A model generated the notes under the pieces. The model was not told where the DNA came from and did no database searches. It was given only the letters and a program-made list of their open reading frames with translations. Made by a program: the position numbers and the translations under genes. Shown here one piece after another: positions 1 to 13,900 of a stretch of 64,000 nucleotides of DNA. The stretch's first letter is position 1. Each line of letters opens with the position of its first letter. Where the stretch lies: assembly GCA_044892525.1 (NCBI GenBank), contig CM097886.1:99076001-99140000 (forward strand), read 5' to 3'. Source of the stretch: Schmidtea polychroa (Eukaryota).

Positions 1-2
1 GG

Positions 3-1109
3 TGCACAGTTGATTGCAAAGACCACCCAAACGATTGCATCAGTGAAAATCTTATTATGGTCATGGCCGACAAAATGGCTGTAGAATACAAAGATGTTGG
101 ATATGAATATGTCATGATTGATGATTGTTGGCTAGCAAAGAATCGTGCTGCCAATGGGTCTTTAATGCCGGATCCTGAAAGATTTCCAAGAGGAATGAAA
201 TATTTAGCTGACTATGTGCATAGCAAGGGTCTTAAGTTTGGAATTTATGAAGATTTTGGTTTGAAAACATGTGCAGGCTATCCTGGTAGTTTGGGTCACT
301 TGAAAATGGATGCTTTTACCTTTGCCAGTTGGGGGATTGATTATGTAAAATTTGATGGATGTTGGAGTTTTGCGTTTATGCAACCGTGGGGAATTGAATT
401 ATTCAGTAAATTTCTAAATGAAACTGGGCGACAAATATTTCTCAATGCTGAATGGCCTTTCTATATGGGAGTGAAACACATGTCAAATGAGAGGATTTCT
501 CTTCTCGAACGGACCACAAACATGGCTAGGGTATTTAATGATATTGATGGTAGTTGGAATTCACTATTAAGTGTCATCAATTTCTATAAAAAGAATGAGA
601 ATAATTTCGCGTCATGGTCACGGCCGGGATATTTTAATGACCCAGATATGCTGTTGCTTGGTAATAACTATGTAACTTTTGATCAGGAGAAACTCCAAAT
701 GATGATGTGGGCGATTTTTGCTGGTCCACTTATTATGTCGAATGATTTGAGAAACATTTCCAAAGCTTCGAAATCTATTCTCACCAACAAGAACATTATT
801 TCCATCAATCAGGATAAATTAGGAATCCAAGGTCGATTTATCAAAACTATTGGTAAGTTAGACTTTTGGATGAAACCAATGAGTCCTGTCTTTGGCCATC
901 AGCAATTGGCCATAGCAATTTTGAATTTAGGAAATCAAACTTCAACATCATCCTTTACTATTGACGATCTCAATGTGATCAAGCCGGGAAATGTCAGTGC
1001 ATTAGACGTGTTTACTAATGAGCGCACAAACCTTTCAAGTAGTGAAACTTTGTCCATTTTGTTGGACCCAACCTCAGGTACAATGGTTATATTTCAGGCT
1101 TTCCAGTGA
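3..1109 (+). CDS. Glycoside hydrolase family 27 alpha-galactosidase / alpha-N-acetylgalactosaminidase, 5'-truncated by the window edge, intronless over the visible part
   Basis: The frame is open from base 3 (CTVDCKDHPNDCISENLIM). GH27 motifs: YVMIDDCW, TCAGYPGS, YVKFDGC (nucleophile Asp), RVFNDI (acid/base Asp), NDPDMLLLGN, WAIFAGPLIMSNDLR, INQDKLGIQG. Confidence 0.93.
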   Translation, partial: CTVDCKDHPNDCISENLIMVMADKMAVEYKDVGYEYVMIDDCWLAKNRAANGSLMPDPERFPRGMKYLADYVHSKGLKFGIYEDFGLKTCAGYPGSLGHLKMDAFTFASWGIDYVKFDGCWSFAFMQPWGIELFSKFLNETGRQIFLNAEWPFYMGVKHMSNERISLLERTTNMARVFNDIDGSWNSLLSVINFYKKNENNFASWSRPGYFNDPDMLLLGNNYVTFDQEKLQMMMWAIFAGPLIMSNDLRNISKASKSILTNKNIISINQDKLGIQGRFIKTIGKLDFWMKPMSPVFGHQQLAIAILNLGNQTSTSSFTIDDLNVIKPGNVSALDVFTNERTNLSSSETLSILLDPTSGTMVIFQAFQ

Positions 1110-1317
1110 CTCCTTTTTAATGACATCCTTCGTATCTTGCTGACAACTTTCATAAAAACTAATTTGTGATGTTTATTAAATATTTTATTTTATTTCAAAT
1201 TATTAAATCATTTAATATTAAATGCTCATTTCTTTACAATTCAATTGGGATAGATATGTGTCGGACCCTTTACGATTATCATATAGGGCTCCTTTTGTGT
1301 TGCATAATGCTTCATAA

Positions 1318-1690
1318 TACGTGTCTCAATGCGCGTACTAATACGTGCTCTAATAAGTGTTTTGGTACGCCTCCCAATGCGCGTACTAATACGTGATCCA
1401 GTAAGCGTCCCAGTACGTATCCCAATGCTCTTATAAATACGTGTTCTAATAAGCATTTCGCTACGCACCCACATGCGCGTATTAATACGGGTTCTAGTAA
1501 GTCTAACAAATCGCGTCTTTATGTGTGTTATAGTTAGCGTCCCAGTACGTATACTAATGCTCGTCCTATGACGTGTTCTAGTAAGCGTTCCAGTACGTGA
1601 CTCAATGCGCGTATTAATAGGTGTTCTTATAAGCGTCCCAGTACACATCCCAATGCGCTTATTAATACGTGTTCCAGTAGGCGATTCAGT
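1318..1690. repeat. Degenerate minisatellite with a 48-bp unit built from 12-bp subunits
   Basis: Successive units such as CAATGCGCGTACTAATACGTGCTCTAATAAGTGTTTTGGTACGCCTCC and CAATGCGCGTACTAATACGTGATCCAGTAAGCGTCCCAGTACGTATCC. This explains the repetitive ORFs 1241-1648 and 1312-1509. Confidence 0.8.
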
Positions 1691-4600
1691 ATGTCCAAGT
1701 TCACCTTTTAAGGATTGGATTTTGTTATATTAAAATATTTAGGGTACAATGTCACCTCCAAAACAGAGGAATTGGAAGGTTTGTTGTTAAAAATCATTTG
1801 GTCATCTTTTGGGCTTTGGAAGAACTCGATTTGAAAGAAAGAGTTCATTCCAACAAAACTTGTATCAAAGTATAATTATATGAAGAGTAGGTGGACTAGT
1901 GGTCACCAATGTCTGTCTATATGGCTTGATGTTCTTGATGGACGTTTGAACCTTCAATGTTTTATCACATTTGAAATGACTCATTAAAATATTGTTTACT
2001 CTTTTTATTTTTTTAATTTTATCTTTGTCCTAGAAATGTAAGCCGCTTTGAAAATATAAAACTTAACCATATGAATGAAATTGTGCTCAAATGGGATGTT
2101 GAGGTCCATTTTCCCATTTGAATCATTGAAAGATCCCAAATATTGGAACCTTATAAATTCGGATTAACCTATTTAAAATGCGAAAAAAAAATCTTTGAAC
2201 AGAAAAATATTTCGTCGATCGACATTTCTCCTCCTGGGATAATTTTAAAAAGTAAAGAAATGTAAGAGATTTGCTAGGGATATTGAATGGACGATAAATG
2301 TGAAGAGGGAGAGAGAATAAATCGCACAAAATCCACACCATCTGACATTTCCCAGCGAGTTTTCCATACATATTTTCAATCTCTCGCTCTCGCCATCTCC
2401 AGCGCATGAATCTCGCTGCAAATGTCATCATTCGGTTGTGTCGGTAGCATTACAAACTTAACATTGGATTCGACTGTATATTTCCCAATTTCCATTTTAT
2501 CGGGTTTGATTCTATTGATAAATAGTTAAAATATTAAAACAATAAATTCTGAAATTCATTTCAACCGTTAAAACAATAATTGGATATTTATGGGCGGAAT
2601 CATCAAGCCCAACAACGTCTTTGGAATCTATTTAATGTTCATTTTATTCTCTCTGGCAGTCCATTCGGTCACCTCCAGAATTCGTCTCAGTCACAACCGA
2701 ACGTCAAGTAATCGTTTTTTCTTCACTGAATTTCTCCCATAGGAGAATTTTGGTTTTTCATTTTCAATTTTCATCAAGGTCATGGGGATATTTTACAATT
2801 CATCAAAATCGGCCAACGTCCATTCGTCCAGACTCAGACCGGCATGTGCTCCATGCCGGGATCAAAATTCGGTTACATTGTTGGTCCTGAGGCTAATTTA
2901 CATTTGAAGTCCAATTTCATTTTTAAAAGTATTTTAGTTATTTTGTTTTAACTATTTCCGTAATTTCTCTTTGATCCTAATAAAAATATTTTCAACAATT
3001 TATTAATTAATCAATTAAAACAAAATCATATTAATATTAGTGAATAATTAATCTAAATAATATAATATATATTTATAAAGTAATATTCAATGCAATATTT
3101 AATGGCAGACGAATTTCGAGTTTATTTCAATTTCATTTTCAGCTAATTTTATTCAGTAAATTATTGGATGCCATTGCAAACTTTAATTGTATTTACGCTT
3201 TCCTGTTGTCCGGGATGAAGTTGTGAGATATTAAATGCATTTATATACAATTATTAAAAATAGTATAAAACTTGTAGTATTTTATGCAATCTGGTGACAA
3301 AGTTACAGGATTTAGATCCAGGGTGGGATCGAGTTTCTTACATGATACGGATGAGAGACAAGCAAGATCGAAACAAATCTGACATTGTAATTTTCATTAA
3401 ATATTGCTTTAAAAACTTTATTCAGTGACTCATCCGAAAACTAAATCCATTTGATAACAATAATATTAATTTCAAGTAATTTGTATATAATACTGATAAT
3501 TAATCAGTGACAAAATATAATTAGATGGAATAGATTATTCAAATAAATTATAACATAAATAATTTTAAAATTATTCACAATCCATAAATTTAAAGAAATT
3601 TCACACAATTTTTTCGGATTCAATGATCCTATCAACAAAGCTTCACATATTACATGTTCCCAATAATTATTAAAAAAAAGTTTTATAAATGTTTTAAATC
3701 ATAAATGCCTGTTTAAAACATACAGCCCTCATTGCACTCATTAATATAGGTTAATGCCTTTGGTTAATAATGTTCATGAACTCTCATATAGATATGACAG
3801 GGAATCTTCCCCATGTATGTGGCAGTACATCTATTACATGTATATTGATAAACAAGATCAGAACGCAATGCAACTGGAGTTTTAGACTTATTAATGATCA
3901 TATTGCCTACTTAGGTCACAGTAATTAGAGACAATCCAATAATTTTAATTACCCAATTNNNNNNNNNNNNNNNNNNNNNNNNNNNNNNNNNNNNNNNNNN
4001 NNNNNNNNNNNNNNNNNNNNNNNNNNNNNNNNNNNNNNNNNNNNNNNNNNNNNNNNNNNNNNNNNNNNNNNNNNNNNNNNNNNNNNNNNNNNNNNNNNNN
4101 NNNNNNNNNNNNNNNNNNNNNNNNNNNNNNNNNNNNNNNNNNNNNNNNNNNNNNNNNNNNNNNNNNNNNNNNNNNNNNNNNNNNNNNNNNNNNNNNNNNN
4201 NNNNNNNNNNNNNNNNNNNNNNNNNNNNNNNNNNNNNNNNNNNNNNNNNNNNNNNNNNNNNNNNNNNNNNNNNNNNNNNNNNNNNNNNNNNNNNNNNNNN
4301 NNNNNNNNNNNNNNNNNNNNNNNNTTTTATCATTGTAAATAATCTCATTATTTCATGTAGATGATTTATATAAATAATTTAATATTTTTATTAATTACAA
4401 AATATAATTAATTGAATTATTTGGCAAAAAGAATTTAAGTTTTCGGTGATTTGATGTGGTCTATGTATAAATTGTCCTAAAAGAGGTTTGCCAACCGAAT
4501 ATTATCAAATAAAATATCTTATAAATATGAAATGATAATATAGAAATGTTTGATTAGAGAATTATATATTTACATTGCTTGCTCAGTTCCACGTAAAAAA

Positions 4601-4968
4601 TCAACAGCTACCCCCCTCTCCTCTGTTAGATATGAAAATGAAGGTTTTTATAAAGCTTCTTTGTTATTAAATAATTCCGTTTTCAATGCAAGTGTGATAA
4701 TATGGGTCGAGGTTAAGATGAGGTAAGAGGGAAATTTGTTTCAGGCGTAAAATTATATTTTGCACAACCGCATAAACCTAAACTTCATTGAAGGAGGGTG
4801 GAGGGGAGGGGAGGGTCTTTAACATGTATTTTGAATTTTCGTTCACAAAATGGAATGGTAAAATATGTCATATTGCACTGCCTTGAATCTCCTATTCTTT
4901 TCCTTACTTTGAATGATACAAAAGTCAAGAAATAATACAATGATAAAGATTAAAAACCTTATGTTTAG

Positions 4969-7900
4969 CGGAAAGGTTGAAAGGTAGTTTCTCCATCCTT
5001 CTGACTGCCAAAGTTGACCGGCTGTCGTCTGATACGATTTTCTCCGTCAATGATATCACTGGGCAATTGAATTTGGGTTTCAACATCGGCCGAAAAACTG
5101 TGTTCCATTTCAGGGAACCTGGGGGTATCACACAAACGATTGAATTTAAAACGCAATTGGATGATTTAAGGTAGGAAAGAATTGTCAAATGAAAAGAAGG
5201 TTAATGTTTGAATTTTTAGTTGGCATCGGGTGGCTCTCTTGGTGGCAGTAAATACTGTCAAGTTGTTTGTAGATTGTCAAATGGTTGAGGTTGTACCTTT
5301 AACAAGGGAGAGTGATGAAATCCTTGTGTCGGGAGAAATGGAACTTTTAGGTCAAGGATATACCGTTTGTAAACAATTCTCGTGAGATGTTTAATAAATC
5401 ATATATAGGGGGTCATTCAAGATTTGTTTGTTGTTCCCGGACAAGAAGCCGCTTATAGACAATGTGAAATATATACGCAAGACTGTCCAGGATCCCACGA
5501 TATTATGATGAATCAACAGGTTCATTAATTATTATCTTTTACCTTTTTTATTCTATATTTTCTATTTCAGCCAGATGATGCAAANNNNNNNNNNNNNNNN
5601 NNNNNNNNNNNNNNNNNNNNNNNNNNNNNNNNNNNNNNNNNNNNNNNNNNNNNNNNNNNNNNNNNNNNNNNNNNNNNNNNNNNNNNNNNNNNNNNNNNNN
5701 NNNNNNNNNNNNNNNNNNNNNNNNNNNNNNNNNNNNNNNNNNNNNNNNNNNNNNNNNNNNNNNNNNNNNNNNNNNNNNNNNNNNNNNNNNNNNNNNNNNN
5801 NNNNNNNNNNNNNNNNNNNNNNNNNNNNNNNNNNNNNNNNNNNNNNNNNNNNNNNNNNNNNNNNNNNNNNNNNNNNNNNNNNNNNTAAAAAATTAGGGAA
5901 CACGAGGAAGAATTGGAGATATGGGAGAACCGGGAGAAAAAGGAAATGCGGTATTTTACTTAATTTTCATAAAATTTGTTTATCTAAAGATAGGGTAAAA
6001 ATGGTGGTATTGGATTAAGTGGCGCTAGAGGAGCACCTGGTCCACAGGGACAGGTTTTTATCATTCCCTTAAATCTTGGTACGGGTGGCAATGATGTTGC
6101 CCGACAAGCCAATTTCAGGAATTCATTAATAAACCATATGGTAACGCCTGTTGGAAGTAATAAATTATGGTACTAGTTTAGATGGTTATGAAAGGAGTTC
6201 GAGGGAAAAGAGGTTCTACTGGTTCCCCTGGACCAGATGGTTCATTAGGTGGGTTCGGATTTAAAGGAGAAAATGGTCCACCAGGAGATACAGGATTTCA
6301 AGGGCCTAGAGGACTTTCAGGACCTCAAGGAAGACGTGGGGGATCGGTTAGATAATATTAATTTACTCAATTTTATTAATGTAATTGAAATAGATGATTT
6401 GATTGGATTATATTTCATTATTTGGCTATTGAATATATTTAAGACTTTGAATTCTCTATATGATTTTCAATATTTTGTTTTAGGGACGATCCGGGAATGA
6501 TGGTGAAAGAGGTGATCCCGGAGTACCAGGATTAAAAGTAACATCAAGTTTTATAATTTAAATAGTGCAATATTTTTAGGGGAAAGATGGAAAACCTGGA
6601 GATTCTGGCCCAAGAGGTTTAAGAGGGAGTAAAGGAGATTTCGGTCAAATAGGCGTAAAAGGAGATAATGGGGTCATGGGAGAAGATGGGCCACGAGGAG
6701 TTTTTGGTGATCCAGGAGATCAAGGTGAAGTCGGATTATTAGGTTTCCAAGGAGGAAGAGGTGCTGGAGGACCACCGGGTCCAAGTGGACCTGCAGGAAA
6801 CCAAGGTCCTAGTGGGTCTAAAGGTGAAGTGGGACCAACAGGATCAATGGGATTATCTGGACCATCAGGTCCTAGAGGTCCCCCAGGCCCAGAAGGTATT
6901 TCTGGTCCAAGAGGTTCAACTGGTCCTGTTGGTGGAAGAGGAAGACAAGGATCACCAGGAGTTCCTGGAAGTGATGGGCCTCCAGGATATTCGGGTATGA
7001 TCATTTTTATTAAACTATGGTTTTATATTTTTATTTTTAGGTATTAAAGGAGATCAGGGAGTTAAAGGTGATTCAGGTCAAATAGGTCAAAGAGGAGATG
7101 ACGGAGGATTTGGAACCAGAGGATACAAAGGTGAAAGAGGAAAACCAGGAGGTTTTGGTCCGAAAGGAGATGTTGGAAAACCAGGCGCTCTCGGAATTCC
7201 AGGTGATGCTGGACCTAAAGGAGTTAAAGGAGATATTGGACCTGCAGGAATACCCGGTGTAGAAGGCCCAGTTGGACCAAAAGGAGAACCCGGAGTACAG
7301 GGTCCTCTAGGTGGTAGAGGAGTAGCTGGTTTGAAAGTAAGTATAATATTTACTAAAATTTGAAAACCGTTGGTGATCTGAAAGGTTTATGGATAATAAG
7401 CATTCAGTTTAACAAACTTTTTGAAAAAATTAATAATTATATCCATTTCATACATTTATAAAAATAATTTTTTCTTCATAATCATGTGTTTAATTATTAT
7501 AGAAATTTATTTAAGATCCTATTTTGATTTGAGTGTATCATCTTTAATGAATAGGGAACTGGTGGAATTATGGGCCCACCTGGAATCAGTGGTCCAGATG
7601 GAGAGAAAGGTCCTAATGGACCTACTGGTAACCGTGGTGTTGATGGAGAAAAGGGAGATTTAGGAGTTAGAGGGCCAATTGGCGATATTGGAGATCAAGG
7701 TCAAAGGGGTCCTCCTGGATCAAGAGGAAGCCCAGGAAGTGTAGGTCCATCAGGTCTTAAAGGTGACATGGGTCCTCTCGGTCCTCCAGGACCCCCTGGT
7801 CCATTGGGATTACAAGGCTCATCAGGTCCATCAGGACCAATTGGAACAACCGGCCCAGCAGTAATTGATTAACTTTATAATATTCTAATTTATTATGATA

Positions 7901-10900
7901 GGGGCCAATTGGAAATCAAGGTCCTTCAGGATATCCAGGCGAACGAGGGGAAACTGGTGAGCCTGGTTCAGTTGGTCCGACTGGTTTGATAGGTAGCATT
8001 GGTGCTCCTGGATCAACTGGAGATCCAGGTTCTGATGGAGAGAGAGGATCCATTGGATCTAGAGTATATATTAATTGTCATGGACTTAAATATCAATTTT
8101 CTGTAAAATCAGGGTCCAACTGGAGATCCTGGTAAAGATGGTCTTGCTGGAATTGATGGAAATTCAGGTGCAAAAGGAGCGGTTGGGCCACGAGGATCTC
8201 CTGGCGCCAGAGGAAACATTGGGTATAGAGGATTTGATGGAATCCCTGGGCCTCCAGGTCCATATGGAGCTAAAGGAGAACAAGGAACAGATGGGGAAAT
8301 TGGCCCAATTGGAGATAAAGGGGGACGAGGAGATACTGGAATGATCGGAGGTCCTGGCCCATCAGGTATTGATATAGTCAATTGTTTTATTATTTGAACA
8401 AAATGCGTTAAAAGCACAATATATTGGTGTGAAAATTTATATTAATTTAAAATATTTTTTAAATTAATAATCCAATTATTAAATTATTAAATAAATTATT
8501 ATAAATTATTAAGCAAATAATTAAATAAATTATTAATACAATAATATATTTTTTCATGATTCGTGTTGCTAACTTTTGAATAATATATTGCTGACAAATA
8601 ATAAGATTTTGCGGTGCATTTCAAAATTTAAATTTAAATTTAAAATATTTTCATTACTATTTATTATTTAAAGGCCCCACTGGATCAAGAGGACCTCCAG
8701 GATCAGTTGGTACAAAAGGAAATATTGGTTTGGATGGTGATTTTGGTCCTATTGGGGATACGGGTGCAAGAGGACGTAATGGAAGACCTGGAGCAACGGG
8801 GCCAGTTGGATTAGCTGGTGCGGCGGGACAAAAAGGTGACAAAGGAGGAATAGGAATAAATGGAAAGCCCGGGGATAAAGGCTTCATGGTACGTACATTT
8901 TTACATTTTTTAGTAATTTATTAATTTATATATTTTATGTATTTATGTATTTATGTATTATATATTCCAAATATTCCAAATTTCTTGATTAATTATTTTT
9001 CATTATTAAAATCAAATTTTTCATTCCTCCTTCCTATTCAATTATTAAAAGCNNNNNNNNNNNNNNNNNNNNNNNNNNNNNNNNNNNNNNNNNNNNNNNN
9101 NNNNNNNNNNNNNNNNNNNNNNNNNNNNNNNNNNNNNNNNNNNNNNNNNNNNNNNNNNNNNNNNNNNNNNNNNNNNNNNNNNNNNNNNNNNNNNNNNNNN
9201 NNNNNNNNNNNNNNNNNNNNNNNNNNNNNNNNNNNNNNNNNNNNNNNNNNNNNNNNNNNNNNNNNNNNNNNNNNNNNNNNNNNNNNNNNNNNNNNNNNNN
9301 NNNNNNNNNNNNNNNNNNNNNNNNNNNNNNNNNNNNNNNNNNNNNNNNNNNNNNNNNNNNNNNNNNNNNNNNNNNNNNNNNNNNNNNNNNNNNNNNNNNN
9401 NNNNNNNNNNNNNNNNNNNNNNNNNNNNNNNNNNNNNNNNNNNNNNNNNNNNNNNNNNNNNNNNNNNNNNNNNNNNNNNNNNNNNNNNNNNNNNNNNNNN
9501 NNNNNNNNNNNNNNNNNNNNNNNNNNNNNNNNNNNNNNNNNNNNNNNNNNNNNNNNNNNNNNNNNNNNNNNNNNNNNNNNNNNNNNNNNNTATTAATAGA
9601 AATTCCTGCTGCCTCGTATACATTTGTTGAAATTAATTGAAATAATCCTTTAAACAAAATTAAATCTTATTTCCTCATTTTACATCAGTTGACTAAGAAG
9701 GCAATTTGATATTTTCAATGATAAAATTCTTATATGGTTTCGTTTATTTCTAATAATATTCTCGATGGAAAATTTTTAATTTTATTTTCTAATTTGCAGG
9801 GACCTCAAGGTCCAAATGGACCAATAGGAAGTCCAGGACTTCCTGGAATTCAAGGTTCCCCGGGAGTTCCTGGTGACATGGGTGAGCATGGACCTACAGG
9901 TTTTAAGGGTCCTGAAGGTGCAAGAGGATCCACTGGAAATCCTGGAGATCAAGGAATGCCCGGTGTACCTGGTGAACTTGGTCCACAAGGAGAAAAGGGC
10001 GATCGTGGTAAAACTGGACCTCCAGGCTCTCCTGGATCTACTGGTCCATTAGGTCCAAATGGCCTTCCTGGAAAAGAAGGACCATCTGGAGTTCAAGGTC
10101 CAATGGGCTTGATGGGTGAAAAGGGAGAAAATGGACCAATGGGCCCTATTGGAGAAATAGGTGTCCCTGGTATTTCTGGCTTGCAAGGCGAACCTGGAAC
10201 AAAAGGTGATGATGGTTCTCCAGGTGAACAAGGGCCTCCGGGAGGTTCTGGACCTCAAGGACCACAAGGACCTAAAGGCGACTTCGTAATAATATAATAT
10301 TTCTAAATCAATTAATAAAATTTCTAGGGTTCAATCGGACCACCTGGGCCCCCGGGTCCCATTGGAGTAAATGGTGCTAAAGGAGTTCAGGGAATAGTGG
10401 GTGAGGATGGGCCAATTGGGTCTCCGGGAAACCCTGGAAGACAAGGAGCTCAAGGTCCCCCTGGAAAATCTGGTGTTGTAGGAAAACCTGGTAAAACCGG
10501 GGCTCAAGGTGAACAAGGAAGTTCGGGTATCAAAGGAGGTAAAGGAGAAAGAGGACAAGCTGGTCCACAAGGCCCATCCGGACCATTAGGACCAATGGGA
10601 CAAATGGGACCTCAGGGCCCTATTGGAAAACCTGGAATTCAAGGATCAATGGTAATAATAATGAAACTTTATAGTTACATTTATCATTCATTGAAAGGGT
10701 AAACAAGGTCCTCTAGGAGAACCAGGTCTTTCTGGACCGCAAGGCGAACAGGTATGTTTATATTATTTATTACTTTATTAATTATCTAAAATAAAATGAC
10801 AAATATTTGCTGTCTATTGTAATCAGCAGTATGTGACAAAATATTTCTATGCATGTGCCCATTATCTATAATTGTCGTATACACACATACACATACACAC

Positions 10901-13900
10901 TCACACCCAATTGTCACAACGTGACTGTACTGTATTTTGACCTAGTTTACTTTCCGCTAACTGGATTTTCATTGGTCGTTTCATTTCTATATAAATATAA
11001 GCTGTCTAATCAATTCTTTATTTATAATCAATTTGGATTTATAAATTTATTGATATTGGATTTACGTTAGACATAAATTTCATTAATTTTCAAATTTCCT
11101 TTAGTAAGATTATTCATTAATTTGTTTAATAATTTTCTAAATGAAATAGATTATTTTCATTAATTATTCAAATGGCTAAAAGAGTAATTTTGATTCCAAT
11201 TGATACTAGCGAGCATAGCAAAAGAGCATTTCGATGGTACTTGAAAAATATGAAACAGGAGAATGATATAGTGCTATTTATTCACGTAGTTGAACCTGTT
11301 TATGCTACTCCAGCAGTTGGAATGATGGAGCCACCTCCAATTGTTTTAGATGACATGTCACGTATGATGGAAGATGCTATTAATGAGGGCAAGAAGTTGG
11401 GCCAGGAATTCATGCATGAAGCGAAAGATACTGGGTTAGAACCCAAAGCTTTTATTCATGTTGACACCAAGCCAGGAGCTGCATTAGTGAAGTCAGCAAA
11501 GGATCATCAAGCTGATGTTATTGTAATAGGTAATCGAGGAGTAGGCACGTTGCGTCGTACATTTTTAGGCAGCGTTAGTGACCATATTCTCCATCATGCA
11601 CACATTCCAGTTGTTGTCGTTCCGCCAGAAGCTAAATAAGCTAATAGAATCAGAAAACTTGCGATTTCTTTTTGATTGTTTTGTCGTAAAATTCGTATTA
11701 AAATAAAAATATTGTTTTGCAATTTACATAAATTTTTTTTTCGACAGCTTTTTATTTCATTGTCAAGGAAATTTTTTTATTTATTGTTTGCTATTGTGTA
11801 ATATTTGAGAAATAAATGAATTATTTGCTTCCTAACTAATGTTTACATCAGTTGAATAGCTCGATTCAAATTTGTTGGCATTATTTAAACACGGATTTAA
11901 ATTAAATATCAAATAAAATAATTTGGAATTTTCTTTTAATTTGTTAATCTAGTAAATGTTTTTATAGAGTTTTCAATAATTTATTTTTATTTCAAGCCTT
12001 TCAGCATATTATTTGTCGAATAATATAATCAGATTAAAAATTGAAATTAAAGCAATTAAGTATTCACAATAGACAATTTAATTACAGAATTTTCATTAAT
12101 TCGGAAATTTTAAATCATTTATCAATAATTGAAACTTAATTTCTACAACTTTAATGTCTATTTGTCAACTAGATTTTAGATGATGGAAATTGGAATTAAC
12201 TATTTTGTTCCGTTTAACCATGTAGGTCAGCGGTGCTTAAATCTTTGGTAGGGAACGCTAAAGGGGTCGAAAAAAATTGGTTTTATCATTTTGAAATATC
12301 TATTAAAAGATATTTTTTAAATTTTGTGTAACTACATTTGTTAAAAATTTTTTGATTTTTTTCAATAAATTTTGCTAGGTGGGGTCGAATAATTTTTTTT
12401 ATTTAAATAGACTCGCAGTTGGAAAAAAAATGCGTATCATTGATGTAGGTAATAAAACTCAGTGTGAGATACAGGATTCTTGGAACTGAAACTGACACCA
12501 GCTAAATTCAAGGAATTAGTACGCTAGGATGTAGCAAAGTATAGATTTGGTATTTTGAGCATAAACTGATTTCAAGGTGCTTAGTAAGTCAAAAACACAA
12601 TTCACTGGACAATATATTTATTTGAATCAATAGAACTACAATTGCATCTTCTGAATTCCCATCACTATTCTATGCTCAAAGGGGTTACCATTACAGACTA
12701 AAATCGAAATTGTTCTATTTGTTCATCACGTATATGACTTGCGAATTATTTAATTCAGTTTTTTGACTTACTCCATTTATTACATTTTTATGCTTCTCTC
12801 GTTTCGCAGCTTCCGAATCGTAGCAATCTCTTTGATGATATTTTACTCAAACTTGAATTATTAGCGCAAATAAATAATAAGTGTCCGACAATTATAAGTT
12901 ATAATATTATTTTTTTAATTGAATGCTGCACTATAAAAATTAAAATTTGGTTACATTTAAATAATAATAACTAATTTAAAATTCAAAAATTTAATTTTTT
13001 TATAAGTTAAAAATATATTTTTATTTGTTTGGAACCTTGGACGTGCGTCCCGGTCATCTATGTTTCTGTCACTTTTTGAAAGCATCTTACCAACAAGTTG
13101 AACTTTAGGGTCTTCACAGATTACCATTAACCCGCCACTTCCTTTCAGCTTGTTGAAGTTGTGGCATTCAGTCTTCATTCTTTACTCTTCTTTCCATAAC
13201 TGACAAAATAAATTTGCATAAATTAATAGTGGATGTAGTATAAAGATAATTAGTAAATTTTATATAATCAATAACGTAACTACAAATTTAAGTCCTTAAG
13301 CTAAATTTATTTTGAAACCTATTGACATCTGAATATTCTGAACGAATGAAATATGTTACGAAAGAATTTGAGCAAGTTTAAATAATTTTAAAAAAATTTA
13401 ATTGTATAAAATACTAAATACAATTAAAACTGTTTTTTTTTAACCAAGAAAATATTACATTTTATAATTATAAAAATATATTTTATAGTTCTCTCTTACT
13501 TTTTCATTCGAAGATTTTGAAATTTTTATCTGAGAAGCTCAAAGCATTGATTTCTTTTGCTAATCCACTGAGTGGGTCCTGTATATGGTTGTAAGAATGA
13601 ACCTAAAGGTATGGGTGGAAATGCATAACTGTGCATAAATCATTGTAATTTCTGAGATTAAGTAACTTAGATCTCTTCAAAATTTCAGAAAATGATTAAT
13701 ATAAAATTTTCAAGTATAAAACTACATGACTCCAGCGAGTATATCAAGTATTGAAATATACAGTTAGAATGGATTCCCCTTTATCAGACACGTTTACCAT
13801 TTTTGACAAAAGCAATTAAATTAACCGTTTCATATGTCTAGTTAAATGTAAAAAAATATTTTTCAGCACGCGTAAAATGTGAAGTATTTTACAGTTGAAA

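Noticed and set aside
1745-2920. GC-richer, coding-like stretches including minus ORF 2123-2431 and a small palindrome CCGGCATG-TGCTC-CATGCCGG
   Set aside because: Every frame I translated has frequent stops and no recognisable motif, and I could not build a spliced model.
6720-10570. Pro/Gly-rich minus-strand and alternate-frame ORFs over the collagen
   Set aside because: They are shadow frames of Gly-X-Y codons.
12957-13200. Minus-strand [19 protein letters not shown]... in the collagen intron
   Set aside because: Probably a transposon remnant, but no motif could be identified.
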